Shown piece after piece: positions 36,900-50,127 of a DNA stretch of 64,000 nucleotides. The position numbers were made by a program, and so were the translations under genes. The notes beneath the pieces were generated by a model, which saw only the letters and a list, made by a program, of their open reading frames with translations, was not told the origin of the DNA and did not search any database. This DNA is from Felis catus (lineage: Eukaryota). The stretch is taken from contig NC_058368.1 in the NCBI RefSeq assembly GCF_018350175.1, forward strand, positions 209,996,001 through 210,060,000. The letters run 5' to 3'. Each line of letters begins with the position of its first letter. The first letter of the stretch is position 1.

Positions 36900-37125
36900 T
36901 CTCATCCCTCCACCTCAGGAGTCAGTATGATTGGAATCACTTGCTTTTTCTTTTCTAGTGGGTGACATTAAGTAATGTCACTTAACCTCTCTGTGCTTAA
37001 AGATTTCTCATCTATAAAATGGAGATGATAGGGTTGTTGTGGAGATTTAATGAGTTAATATATGTGAAGCTCTCAGAATAGTGCCTAATGTATATTAAGT
37101 ATTCAATAAGTCTTAGCTATAATAA
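36900..37125 (+). mobile_element. MIR SINE
   Basis: cacttaacctctctgtgc...tttctcatctataaaatggagatgata. Confidence 0.75.
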
Positions 37126-37161
37126 TAATAGCAATTAAGATAATGTGATATTTGCCAATTA

Positions 37162-37288
37162 TTTTTTAAATGTTTATTTTGAGAGAGAGAGAACAAAGGG
37201 AAGGGTCAGAGAGAGGAGAGAGAGCATACGAAGCAGGCTCCATGCTGATAGTGCAGATACTTAACCAACTGAGCCACCCAGGTGCCCC
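37162..37288 (-). mobile_element. SINEC with an internal deletion
   Basis: gtgcaga joins directly to tacttaaccaactgagccacccaggtgcccc. Confidence 0.9.
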
Positions 37289-37767
37289 TATTTGTCGATT
37301 ATGATTATGACTATTATAACCTTCACGTATTCTCTTCTTCTGCTTGCTACAAACCCCTGGGAAGTGTGAAGATGAACAGAAGCTTTTAAGGTGGGACAAT
37401 GTGATTTAATGAAAAGAGCACTGGGCTTGGAGCCCTGAGATCTGGATTCTAGTCCCTGATTTACTTCTAACCACTGGGGTAATCCTGGAGGAGTCCTGAA
37501 ACTCTCCTGATGTTATCTAAATAAAGAAGGAGCTGGAAAAAGGAGCTTAATTCTCTCCCTGCTCTCTGGTCTGTGTATTCTACTGGATGACTTGTTTCGT
37601 ATTGGCCAGAGGAGAGGAAAATCTTCTGCTCTGAAAACTGGGACCCCCCCCTTCCCCCCCACCCTGCCATCTGTCATTCAAGGATCCACAAGTCCCTGGC
37701 TTTCTTCCATTCTGTGGTCTTGTAATGCACCAAAATTAGAATTAAGATTTCTCAAGATCTTTAGTCC

Positions 37768-37890
37768 TGGAAGGAAAGGAGGGAAGGAGAGAGACAGGAA
37801 GAAAGAGGGAGAGAAGGTGGAGAGGAAGGAGTAGGAGGAGGAAAAAGGAGGAAGAGGAGGAGGAGGAGGAGGAGGAGGAGGAGGAAGAGA
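37768..37890. repeat. Purine-rich tract with (GGA)n
   Basis: Directly visible. Confidence 0.95.
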
Positions 37891-38382
37891 AATTTAATTT
37901 CTCTTCAGTTTCTTGGCTGTAGGGTGCTTTTATTTTTTCCTTGAATGGGTGATATGCCTTCCTGTACACAATATGAACATCTCTGAGTAAAGTTACTGTT
38001 CAAAAAAACCAGTTAAGTCCTGAGCTTCTTATCTCTAAAAAGGTGCTTTTTGGAAAGTTAATCCTTGAGATTTCCCTAACATGCATGCGCCTGGAACATT
38101 CCAATCTTTTGGCTGTCCAGTCCCAGCAGTAAGAGCAAGGTTTGGGTTAAACTTTTAAACTGCAAGGAGTGTCTCAAGGCCGTCATTTTTGTGGTATGTG
38201 GAGCAGTGTGTGACCTCTATCTCTGGAAGCCCGAGCATAGAATTAATGAGAGGTTTCATAGGCGCCTAAAAGAAAGTCTTACTAAGAATGTATTACTCTC
38301 ATTTTTGTATGTTCTCTTGAGACCCTTCAAATTGGTGGTGAGATGGAAAACTTCAGAATTTCCTTTAAAAACTCTGCCTGGG

Positions 38383-38808
38383 CAATGAGAAAGAATGAAA
38401 TCTTGCCATTTGCAACAACATGGATGGAACAGGAGGGTATTATGCTAAGTGAAATAAGTCAGTCAGAGAAAGGTAGATATCATATGTTTTCACTGCTATG
38501 TGGAATTTGAGAAACTTAATAGGAAGACCATGGGGGAACAGAAGGGGAAAAATAGTTTCAAACAGAGAGGAAGGCAAACCATGGGAGAGTCTTAAATACA
38601 GAGAACGAACTGAGGGTTGTTTGGGAGGGGGGTGAAAGAGGGGGAAATGGGTTATGAGCATTGAGGAGGGCACTTGTTGGGTTGAGCACTGGGTGTTGTA
38701 TGTAAGTGATGAATCATTGGAATCTACTCCCGAAGCCATGAGCACACTGTGTACACTGTATGTTAGCTAAATTGACAATAAGTTATGTTGAAAAACAAAC
38801 AAACAAAC
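38383..38808 (+). mobile_element. 5'-truncated carnivore L1 (ORF2 end + 3'UTR)
   Basis: NEILPFATTWME-coding end and (AAAC)n tail. TSD aactct(g/c)cctggg at 38370-38382 and 38809-38821. Confidence 0.93.
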
Positions 38809-39279
38809 AACTCTCCCTGGGGCTTGGACACTTTTTTGTATGTGTGTTATACTTCAATAAAAATTTTTACAAAGAAAGAAAAACAACAACCCTGCTTAAG
38901 TCTTACTTTCTCTAGGATAAACCTAACGTACCCATCATTCTTTATCTTTACCATTTCCTCAAACACCCAGCACTTAAGAAGTCTTTACTTCGATTTCCAG
39001 AATTGACAAACTGTAGTTTAGTGAAAAGAGCCTTCAGTTCTGAGTCAGCATCCCTAACTCCAGAACTGCTTGGTTCTTTCACATAGGAGCTGCCCATTGT
39101 TGGGCAGGACCCTTGACCTTGTTATGGCTCCATTCTCTCACCTCTGAGACAGGTGTAATATGGATTGCCACGGATGTATTGTCATGTAGATCAAATAAGA
39201 CAATGGATATAAAAAACGCTTCATTAACTACAGAAATGTAAAAAATTTATAATTAAGGTGTATATGTTTTTGTTATTTT

Positions 39280-39886
39280 TTTCTGGTCTGTTATATTATT
39301 ATCTGGTTTCCTGGGTTCCACTCCCTGTTGCCCACAGTTCAATTTCCACCCAGCAGCCAGAGGGATCCTATGAATCCATCATGTCTCTCTTCAGCCTCAG
39401 TGGCCCCATTTCTCTCTATGCCCTCTCTGCTCCTAATTGCCTCTCTGACTTCGGTTCCTATTATTGTCCCCCTGCTCATGATCTCCCAACACGCTGGATT
39501 TCCTGTGAATCCTCAAGCCTCCAATTTTGGTCCTGCCTCTGAGCCTTTGCAATTTACATTCCTGGGAATGCTTTTTTCCCAGACTTCCTTCAAGTCTTTG
39601 CTTTTCATTGAGGTCTGTTTTGGCCATTGTGTTATAGTTGCAACCCTGGCCCTCCCTAATCCTCCTTCCTGCTTTATGTTTTTACATTGCTAATAAGCTT
39701 CTAATATTCTATGTATAAATAATACACTTATTTATTTTGATTATCATTTGCCTTTCCCTACAAGACATAAGCTCCATGAGAGCAAGGTTTTTGTCTGTTT
39801 TATAAACTGATGCATCCTCAGCACCTAGAACACAGCTTGACACATAGTAGGCTTTCAATAAATATTTGTCAAATGAATGAATGAAG
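39280..39886 (+). mobile_element. L2 LINE 3' end (L2a-like)
   Basis: cagcagccagagggatc, taagctccatgagagcaagg, and terminal caataaatatttgtcaaatgaatgaatgaa. Confidence 0.85.
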
Positions 39887-40880
39887 ACAGTTTCAGGCTC
39901 ACAATTGGACAAGGATGGAACTTAGATTTCTGGATAGTTTCCCAGACATAACTAGTATGAGTGAGCCCTATTGGAAAGTCTGTGTGCCTTCCGTACCTTC
40001 CCCCAGAATCTTGACCACCTGGAAGGTATTTGTATAATCTCTGCATGCTTCAAAATCAAGGAATGCTGTTTCTGTTCCAAAGACCTGTGGAGAGGCAGTA
40101 AATGCCACAGAGATATTCTTTGGAGAAATAGAACCTGGACCATATGAGGCAACTTTGACCCGAGGCACTGATCTATTCTATGTTATTATTTCCCCATCCG
40201 GGTTTGTAGCATTTTCTTCAGCCTGTAATTTGGTCTTGCAGCTTCTTAGAAGGCAGAATGATGAGCTCATAGCATTCCCCAATGCATTCCCAATAAGTTC
40301 GAGGAAATGCTTATCTGAGTTCAAAAAAGAATAAGGGCTCCACAGTTCTGATTCATAGTACATATTTGCGTGTTAAAGGCTCTGAGGAGTCACATAGCTT
40401 AATATAAATAAAGGATGGGTGGCCTGCTTAATACTTACTCATTTATTGGACTAGGGAAAAGCTTTTTCACTGTATACCTGTTAACACTCTACCCCACTCC
40501 TAGAGAATATAAAGGAGTACTAACATTTACTGAGTTTTACTTAATATTTTGTTAAAAGATGAGGCACTAAAATAACATGTGTACAGCAGATCCATGACAT
40601 CATGCCAGATTATTTTTAAAACCTAGGCAATATTGAATTCTGCTCCAGTATATTCATTTATTTGAAATAACAGAGTGATATTAAAAGGCCTTACCTATTT
40701 TGTGGCCATGATCAAAACCTTTCAAACTTTCATTTCCCACAGATCTCATGGCATCTCATATACATTTTATTTTGCCACTGAGTCCTGTTCAGTACTCTGC
40801 AAGCTTACCTAAGGAACGAACTCCATGTATGGAGTACCTATTATGTTAATGATATATTGTCTGTGGCCCGGCGGTTCTTT

Positions 40881-41535
40881 TTTTTTTTTTTTTTAATTGT
40901 TTTATTTTTTATTTTTTTAAATTTACATCCAAGTTAGTTAGCATATAGTGCAACAATGATTTCGGGAGTAGATTCCTTAGTGCCCCTTACCCATTTAGCC
41001 CATCCACCCTCCCACAAGCCCTCCTGTAACCTTCAGTTTGTTCTCCAGATTTATGAGTCTCTTCTGTCTTGTCCCCCTCCCTGTTTTTATATTATTTTTG
41101 TTTCCCTTCCCTTATGTTCATCTGTTTTGCCTCTTAAAGTCCTCACATGAGTGAAGTCATATGATTTCTGTCTTTCTCTGACTGACCAATTTCACTTAGC
41201 ATAATACCTTCCAGTTCCATCCATGTAGTTGCAAATGGCAAGATTTCATTCTTTTTGATTGCCGAGTAATACTCCATTGTATATATATACCACATCTTCT
41301 TTATCCATTCATCTATCGATGGAAATTTGGGCTCTTTCCATACTTTGGCTATTGTAGGTAGTGCTGCTATAAACATGGGGGTGCTTGGGTACCTTCGAAA
41401 CAGCGCACCTGTATCCCTTGGATAAATGCCTAGTAGTGCAATTGCTGGGTTGTAGGGTAGTTCTATTTTTAGTTTTTGAGGAACCTCCATACTGTTTTCC
41501 AGAGTGGCTGCCCCAGCTTTCATTCCCATCAACAA
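40881..41535 (-). mobile_element. 5'-truncated carnivore L1
   Basis: ORF2 C-terminus translation (41143-41535). Degenerate TSD ccggcggttcttt (40868-40880) / cctgcagttcttt (41536-41548). Confidence 0.95.
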
Positions 41536-41559
41536 CCTGCAGTTCTTTTTTGATTTCTT

Positions 41560-42110
41560 ATCAATGAAGAATGTATGAAGCTCTGCTCCTTACTTTATGC
41601 CAAGAATTCTATTAGGCACAGTGAAGACACCAGGGGAACAAAACAGGACTAGATCATGGAGCTTGCACTCTGGTATTGCTAGGCAAAGACAAATAAACTT
41701 ACCAAATAATCAATGTTAAGATAAGGGTTTTAAAAGAAGAGAGGAAGTAGAATAAGGTGTGTGAGGGTATTTCCTATCTGTGGTGAGGTGACCAGGAGAC
41801 AAGGATGCTCTGAGGTAAGGACATTTAAATTGAGGTGTAATGATGATAAGGAGCTGGACATGACAAGCTGGGGAAGAACATTTGTTTTAGGCAGAGAGAG
41901 TGGCAGGACTAATGGCTTAGCCACAGGAAGCAACTTGCTAACAATTGAAAGAAGGTCACATGGTTGCCCCCTAGTGTTCATGAGAGCCGCGTGATGAGGG
42001 GAAGTTGGCAGACAATGTGTAGGGGCAAATCACCCAGGGCTTTTGAAGGCCATGGATTGGACTTTGAGAGAGCAATATGCTCAAATTTGTATTTTAAGGA
42101 ACCTTCCTCA
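41560..42110 (-). mobile_element. L2 fragment
   Basis: tcatggagcttgcactct, ctctgaggtaaggacattt and cagggcttttgaaggccatgg. Confidence 0.6.
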
Positions 42111-42298
42111 AAGGAGAATATACCCCAATAAACTAACATTTTTGCTAAGTGAACAATGGACGTTTTAGAATGCTTTTAACAATCTAAAAAATGCAGATTA
42201 TATATTTCTCTTTCTCTTTATTCCAAACACACAATATCCTCCAACCCTATGAGAACCATTGGGTCTTGGTGAAATGTTATTATTCTACTCTGTGTTTT

Positions 42299-44200
42299 AT
42301 TTAAAAAAAATTTTTTAAATTATTTTTAAAAAATTATTTATTTTTTAAATTTACATCTAAGTTAGTTAACATATAGTGCTATAATGATTTCAGGAGTAGA
42401 TTCCAGTGATTCATCCCCTATGTATAATACCCAGTGCTTATCCCAACAAGTGTCCTCCCTAATGCCCCTTACCCATTTAGCCCATCCCCCCACCCACATT
42501 CCCTCCAGCAACCCTCAGTTTGTTCTCTGTATTTAAGAGTCTCCTGGGGCACCTGGGTGGCTCAGTCAGTTGAGTGTCTGACTTCGGCTCAGGTCATGAT
42601 CTCTCAGTCTGTGAGTTCGAGCCCTGCATCGGGCTCTGTGCTGATGGCTCAGAGCCTGGAGCCTGCTTCGGATTCTGTGTCTCCCTCTCTCTCTGACCCT
42701 CCCCCGCTCATGCTCTGTCTCTCTCTCTCTTTCTCTCTCTGTCAAAAATAAATAAAATGTTAAAAAAAAATTTTTTTTAATTTAAGAGTCTTTTACGTTT
42801 TGTCACCCTCCTTGTTTTTATATTATTTTTGCTTCCCTTCCCTTATGTTCATCTGTTTTGTATCTCAAATTCCTCATATGAGTGAAGTTGTATGATATTG
42901 GTATTTTCCAATTTCGCTTAGCATAATACCTTCTAGTTCCATCCACATAGTTGCAAATGGCAAGATTTCATTCTTTTTGATTGCTGAATAATATTCCTTT
43001 GCATCTATATACAACATCTTCCTTATCCATTCCTCTGTTGATGGACATTTGGGCTCTTTCCATACTTTGCCTATTGTCGATAGTGCTTCTATAAACATTG
43101 GGGTGCATGTACCCCTTTGAAACAGCACACCTGTATCCTTTGGATAAATATCTAGTAGTGCAATTGCTGGGTTGTACGGTAGTTCTATTTTTGATTTTTT
43201 TGAGAAACTTCCATACTGTTTTTCAGAGTGGCTGCACTGGTTTGCATTCCCACCAGCAGTGCGAAAGAGATCCTCTTTCTCCACATCCAACATCTGTTGT
43301 TGCCTGAGTTGTTAATGTTAGCCATTCTGACAGGTGTGAGGTGGTATCTCATTGTGGTTTTGATTTGTATTTCCTTGACGATGAATGATGTTGAACATTT
43401 TTTCATGTGTCTGTTAGCCATCTGGATGTCTTCTTTGGAAAAGTGTCTATTCATGTCTTTTGCCCATTTCTTTACCGTATTATTTGATTTTTGGGTGTTG
43501 AGTTTGGTAAGTTCTTTATAGATTTTGGATACTAACTCTTTATCTGATATAACATTTGCAAATATCTTCTCCCATTCTGTTGGTTGCTTTTTAGTTTTGC
43601 TGATTATTTCCTTCACTATACAGAGGGTTTTATTTTGATGAGGTCCCAATAGTTGATTTTTGCTTGTTTCCCTTGCCTCTGGAGACATGTTGAGTAAGGA
43701 GTTGTTGTGGCTGAGGTCAAAGAGGTTTTTGCTTGCTTTCTCCTCGAGGATTTTGATGGCTTCCGGTCTTACGTTTAGGTCTTTCATCTATTTTGAGTTT
43801 ATTTTTGTGTATGGTGTAAGAAAGTGGTCTAGGTTCATTTTTCTGCATGTTGCTGTCTGTTTTTCCCAGCACCATTTGCTGAAGAGACTGTCTTTATTCC
43901 ACTGATATTCTTTCCTGCTTTGCCAAAGATGAGTTGGCTATATAGATTTGTGGGTCCATTTCTGGGTTCTCTGTTCTGTTCCATTGATCTGAGTGTCTGT
44001 TTTTTGTGCCAGTACCATACTGTCTTGACTATTACAGCTTTGCAATACATCTTGAAGTCTGGGATTGTGATACCTCTGGCTTTGGTTTTCTTTTTCAGAA
44101 TTTCTTTGGCTATGCGGGGTCTTTTGTGGTTCCATACAAATTTTAGGATTGTTTGTTCTAACTCTGTGAAGAATGCTGGTATTATTTTGATAGGGATTGC
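42299..44200 (-). mobile_element. 5'-truncated carnivore L1 with frameshifted ORF2 3' portion and a nested SINE
   Basis: ORF2 pieces in three frames. Perfect 15-bp TSD tctactctgtgtttt at 42284-42298 and 44201-44215. Confidence 0.96.
42546..42779 (+). mobile_element. SINEC nested in the L1 3'UTR
   Basis: Complete copy. TSD atttaagagtct at 42531-42542 and 42780-42791. Confidence 0.95.
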
Positions 44201-44970
44201 TCTACTCTGTGTTTTGTACATGAGTCTCCACAGCTAGGCTTTCTATGCCTCTCTGCTTTAAAGAACACTGATAGCCTGGAGCATATGTGAGGATTTTTGA
44301 GGTCAAAGTCTACCTTCTACAGTCCTGGAGCTTGTTTTGGGGATCTACCTGTACCATGACCTTTCCTTCTTCCAAGTCCCCAAACCTTCCTCAGATCTCC
44401 ATTCTACCCATTCTTGAGCATAGTTCATGTAGAAATCCGGTTAAAGTGTTAATAGGTAATGATCATGTTAAATGAAGTACATTGAAGTGTGATCTTGACC
44501 AAAAGCATTTGTAATTTTGAAGACAATTCTTTAGGGCAGTCTTGGCACCTAAGGCATAGAGACAAAACCCATAGGGTAAGTGGGTGGGGCAAGGGGGACT
44601 CCTGCTCTGGGTGCTTTTAGAGGGTTCCCATATTAGAACGACACACAAAATAAATTTATTAAGTCATACACAGGTGTCAATGCCTTGGGATTCTGTGCTC
44701 AGTGTTGGCACAGTATGATCCATAATCCTAAAAGTCCACTATCATTACTGACACCATTCAGTCCCCAGGGAGATACTTCTCTGCATTTCTCACCCTGTGT
44801 TCCTGAAACATCAACAGCTAGACCTAATGCTTGTGGGTTATTTCACTGCTGAAGTCAGAGATAGACACTGCTTTCATATGTAGGAAGGATTTGAACAATG
44901 GAAGAACTGAAGTATGGCAAAACAAATTAATCAACTTTTCAAATCTTTGCTCTCAGTAAGCATGAATTCA

Positions 44971-45175
44971 AGAGGTTCCTGGGTGGCTCAGTCAGTTGAG
45001 TATCTGACTTTGGCTTAGCTCATGATCTTGAGGTTCATGAGATCAAGCTCTGCGTCAGGCTCCATGATTACAGTGTGGAGCCTGCTTGGGATTCTCTGTC
45101 TCCCTGTCTCTCTGCCTGTCCATTGCTCGCATGCACGTGCTCTCTTTCTCTCAAAATAAATAAACATTAAAAAAT
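44971..45175 (+). mobile_element. SINEC
   Basis: Head cctgggtggctcagtcagttgag and tail aaaataaataaacattaaaaaa. Confidence 0.92.
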
Positions 45176-45346
45176 GAGGTTTTACTTTTCTAAATATTTT
45201 GCATTTACTACAATTTATAGAATTTGATGAAAGCCTGTTTAAATTTTATAAACTTTGAATTTTAACTTAAAATATTTTAATCTTCTAGATTATTGAGAAT
45301 GAGTGCAAATTGCAATTGTGACAAAAATTAAAAATACAAAACTCCA

Positions 45347-45547
45347 GGGGCATCTGGGTGGCTCAGTTTGTTGAGTGTCCAACTTTGGCTTAGGTCATGA
45401 ACTTACGGTTCCCTTGTTCGTGTGTTTGAGCCCCACATGGGGCTTTGCACTGACAGCTTGGAGCCTGCTTTGGATTCTCTGTCTCCCTCTCTCTCTGCCC
45501 ATCCCTGGCTCTCTCTCTCTCTCCTTCAAAAATAAATAAGCATTAAG
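45347..45547 (+). mobile_element. SINEC
   Basis: Perfect 17-bp TSD aaaaatacaaaactcca at 45330-45346 and 45548-45564. Confidence 0.95.
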
Positions 45548-45732
45548 AAAAATACAAAACTCCACAAAAGCGGAGTTCAGAGAAGAGAAAAGGCTATAAA
45601 GGAAAAATAAGTAAATCTACAAAGAGGCCATCTGCTTAAATTTTTAAAAACTGTTAAAAAGTGAGCAGGCTTCTGTTACTCTGACCCACAAAAGATTGGC
45701 AAATAGGACATTACAAATTCTTTTTAAGTCAG

Positions 45733-46544
45733 GTTTTTGAGGTATAATTTACGTGTAGGAGCAGTCACCCTTTTTAAGTGTTCAGTTTTATGTGTTTTGA
45801 CAAAATGTATCCTATCACGTAACCATGACCCCAATCAAGATATAGTGTTTTCCATCAACCCAGAAAGATCCCTTGTGCCCCTTTCTGGTCAATCCCTTTG
45901 CTCTCTTCTCCCAGCTCCCTGCTCCCAGAAACCTTTGATCTGATTTCTGTCCCTATAATTTTGTCTTTTTCAGAATGTCATGTAAATGGAATTCATACAG
46001 TATATAATCTTTTGTGTCTGGCTTCTTAGCATAATCCTTTTGAGAGTCATTCATGTTGTTGCAAGTATTGATAGATCATTTTCTTTTATTGCTGAGTATT
46101 ATTCCATTACCTGGAGGAACTACAATTTGTTTAGCCATTCGCCAGTTGATGGACATCTGGGTTCTTTCCAGTTGGGGAGATTATGAACAAAACAGCTATA
46201 AGCCTTCTACACAGGTCTTTGCGTGGATATTAAGTTTTCATTTCTCTTGGGTAAATACCTAGGAGTGGTTTGCTGGGTCATATGGAAAGTGAATGTTTAA
46301 CTGTGTGAGAAACTGCCAAAGTATTTTCTAGAGTGGGTGTCCATTTTGCCCTCTGCCAGCAGTGTATGAGAGTTACCCTCACTGTGCATCCTTGTGGGCA
46401 CTTTGTAGGATAAGATGTTCTCTCTCTCTTTTTCTTTCTCTCTCTCTTTTTCTTTCTTTTCTTTTCTTTTCTTTCTCCCTCCCTCCCACCCTCCCTCATT
46501 CTTTCTTTTTCTTTCTCTCTCTCTCTCCATCTCTCTTTCTTTCC

Positions 46545-46591
<47 letters not shown>

Positions 46592-46615
46592 ACTTAGCCA
46601 TTTTAATAGGAGGAA
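45733..46615 (-). mobile_element. Ancient L1 3' end (L1MC/L1ME-like) with an internal CT/CTTT expansion
   Basis: gaggtataattta, cagaatgtcatgtaaatggaa, ccagttgatggacatctggg and gggtaaatacctaggagtgg. Confidence 0.85.
46418..46591. repeat. Polypyrimidine tract with (CTTT)n
   Basis: Directly visible. Confidence 0.95.
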
Positions 46616-49078
46616 CATTCTCTAATTACTGATCCAAACAGTTAAATTGAGCAAAAAATGATTCTCATCAACAACACAACTCAAATAGATCAGATGAAAT
46701 CTTGCAGTTTCATCCTACTGGTTGAAATGATAAGAGAATATGTGCAGGCCTCCACTTGTTTTGTTGCCCAGGGCCCACAAATGGTAGCGGTGAGGCCGTA
46801 CTCCTTATACCCTTTCCTTTCCTTCCAAAGTTGACCCTTAGAGGAGGTGTGTTGCTCTGGGGTCTGAGACCGGTCCTGGTGAAGGACAGCCACCACCTCA
46901 CTCTGCAGCACCCCCTGGTGGAGGTGGAGACGTCTGGATTCAACCTATGCTCTCACTGTCCCCTCTACACGAGGGGTGAAAGAGGAGTCACTATGCCACT
47001 CTGAGAGGCTGTGCATAAACTTAGACATAATATTTGTCAGTAACTTACAATTTATCTACCAGAATATTTTATGCAAACCAGGCTTTGAAACAGCCTGAGA
47101 AGTATTTGGAAAAAAAAAAAATCGAATTCTTATCATTGTGATATAAACAAGTAAAACCAGTTTTCGGTCATATTTTTGAGACGTGAAGTAGAGATCTGTA
47201 GTTATGTAATGTGACAATCGAAAGAATATTAAAATTAAATTTTTGTGCAAGGTCACAAGTATCACTGGAAGTTTAGGTACACATCAACCAGGAACTGCTG
47301 TCTTCGGGGTGGCCAACACACCATGCCGAGAGGCTGGTCTAGAAGACAGGACTTGTGTTTAGGTAGCTTTCTGTGGGGAATGCAGTGCATGGCGCCATGG
47401 GCCACCTAATGGAGTGGTGAGTGATGCTGTGAACAGTCGGCGAGCAGTTGAGCCTCCATTCCCCCAACTGTCATGAGAAGACTTGTGGGATGCAGCAAAT
47501 GGTAGCATGCTCCATTTTCCCATCACTGGTGAGACCTTGAGTAGAAGCTTCCAGTCAGTGAAGAATTCAGCTTCAGGATCCCCAAATCCTGGAAGCATGG
47601 CATTGGAAAAGGCTGGCCTGCAGTGGACATTGGTCGGCTTCTTCTAATACGGGAGAGGAGGGGAGTCTGAGGCTATCTAATTTACCCTGACTCAAGACTT
47701 TTTAGTAGATTATAAAGAACAACACTAGGAAAAAAATGTACTTCCTTCATTTTCAGATTCAGCAAAAAAGGCACTCAATAGATCAAGATGTTGTCTCTTC
47801 CTGACCGCAAGAATGTGTCCCCACAGGAGCCGTGGTGTTTTGTGATCTACCAGCAGCAGGCTGAAGTATAATATCTCTTGACTTGGCATTTGGGGAACCT
47901 TCACATATTTAAGGGCACTCGTCTCTCCTCTCAGTTATTTCTTCCTTTGGGGATCACAAAACCTTGAGAAATGTCAAGCTTTCTTTTCATATTTTCTTTA
48001 TTGAATGCAAGATCTCAACTATTTTTTAGCCCTTCTAATGCATTTGGGCTATCATCTAATGTCCATTACACTGGCAAGCCAACTTTTCTAAAGGGCACTC
48101 TGTGTGTAAGATATTCTCAATCGACTAGGAGTTACTTACATATTTTGTATTCATTTAAAATAACTTAGAAGTTGACCGTGCAAGCTGTGGAATCAGACAA
48201 CGTAAGTCCAAACTGTAAACTCAACTACTTAGCCAGCTGTTATACCCTCTTAAAATTCGAATGTGCTGTCAGCCCACTTCCTTATTTATTTATCTTTGGC
48301 AGTTCTGTTTGTGTTATTACCTTCCTGTCTACAAGCAGGACTTATAGACAAGTCCTTTGAAATTTAAGAATTTTCAAACGTTAGTGAATTTACACAATTG
48401 GTCTCAAGCAACTTTTTGCATTTTATTCTTGCAATAAAATGCTGCACAACCTTGGGCAAGGAACTTCTCCTCAATGACATTTTTTCTTAAAAACAAAACA
48501 AAACAAAACAAAACAAAACAACTTTTGAATTGAGAGGTAGCAAACATAAAGGGTATCAATCTTCATTGCACAGCTTGGTGAGTTGTTGTATACACCCATG
48601 TGATCGCATTAATTATTGTTACGTTTTGTTCTTGGAAAAACAAACAAACATTTAAACCTCAACTGGCTGGGGCTCAATATGCAAAGCACACAAAGAAAGT
48701 GTGACTGTAAGTCACATCTAGAATACTTAAGTATAAATGAGAGTGAATATTCAGATACTAACAAAATTCCCTGTGACAAATTTTGTTTGTATGAGCGATA
48801 GTGTTACACTAATTTTATGCGATGTTAACCATGTGATCTGGCGACTGAGTGTACTACAAACTTGAAGTAGCTCTCTTCATATTTGTCTGTGTTGTACTGC
48901 TCAAATATGTGATCTACAGTCCTAAGTACTACTACAAAGCCATTGTCGCATCAAATGACTCAACAGCTCATCTTACAATGAAAAAAAATATAAAGGATTG
49001 CCTTAAGTCCTCCCCTCCAAACAGCCACTTAATCAGTGGGACTTAGACAATGGTGAAGATCTGGATTTCACAGAATAA

Positions 49079-49712
49079 TGTGAAAATATTCAGGCTGATC
49101 TTCTCATTGTTTAGGCAATGAAGGAGGGTGAGAAAATAAAAATTAGCTTGGATGGTAAGATTCTGTCTTTCAACTGACTAGAATAAAAAACACAGATAAA
49201 GCTAGCTGCAGAGTTAATAGAAAACAATATTTCCTCCAAGCACATGCTTCAAAGCGTCACAATAACTCCTTTCTTTGAGTGACCACTGCTTTCTTACTTA
49301 CTAACTTTACTGTGTGAACTAAAACTGGTTAAGAATAGTTTTATTACTCTTGACCAGAGGATTTAAGTCACTTTGACATAGAGGAGTAGTCTTGGTTTCC
49401 AACCCAGGAGCAGAGCTTGAGATAAGAGGGTTTAGATCCAGCATTTCACATCCATCTTAACTTTGTAGTTGCCAAGGAAACAAGACCCCGCTTTCACTTT
49501 GCAGCCCACACTTGATGTTGACTTCTTTGAGTCTACTGCCATACTACTTCGGTTAAATTTTACTTACTTCTACCTTTTCCCCAAACCCTAGAATAAACCT
49601 ATCTTTTCCTTTGTTTGGTGAGATATCCCATGATTCTCTGGTGTGTGGTTTCCCTCTTTTGAGTGGACCAATAAATCTGCTTTAGTTGGCCTACCTGTTT
49701 GCCCTTGGAATG
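49079..49712 (+). mobile_element. Probable old ERV1-type solo LTR (family unassigned)
   Basis: TG start, then ...tttgtttggtgagatatccc...gtgtggtttccctc...AATAAA (49670-49675) in an LTR-like R-U5 layout. Confidence 0.45.
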
Positions 49713-50127
49713 CACAAGCTAATCACGCTAGGACAGTAGGTTTTATTATTCCTGTTTTTCCAGGTGAGGGAGGTGAGGGTCAGGGAGATTAAATAAAATA
49801 TATACGGGGTCATGGATAAGTGGTCGCAGAATTACAGAATTCAGACCAAGATCTGAATGAAGTGTGATGAAGTCCAGTCATTTCCCACCATACCACGCTG
49901 CCCTCTACGTTTGCTTAACGCCCCCACCTGCTGTGAAGCCACATAACCCACTTATGCCACTTTTCTCTTCCCCATCATAGCTAGTATGCGATTCTGATAC
50001 ACACCTCTGTTCCTCAAAGTATGGCTTCAGTTGTATAGTGTTCCTCTTTGCAGGAAACTGAATGACCATCCAATACTTAGTTTCAAGTTCCTTACTTTCT
50101 CCGCCACACCTATCAGCAAATATTTCT

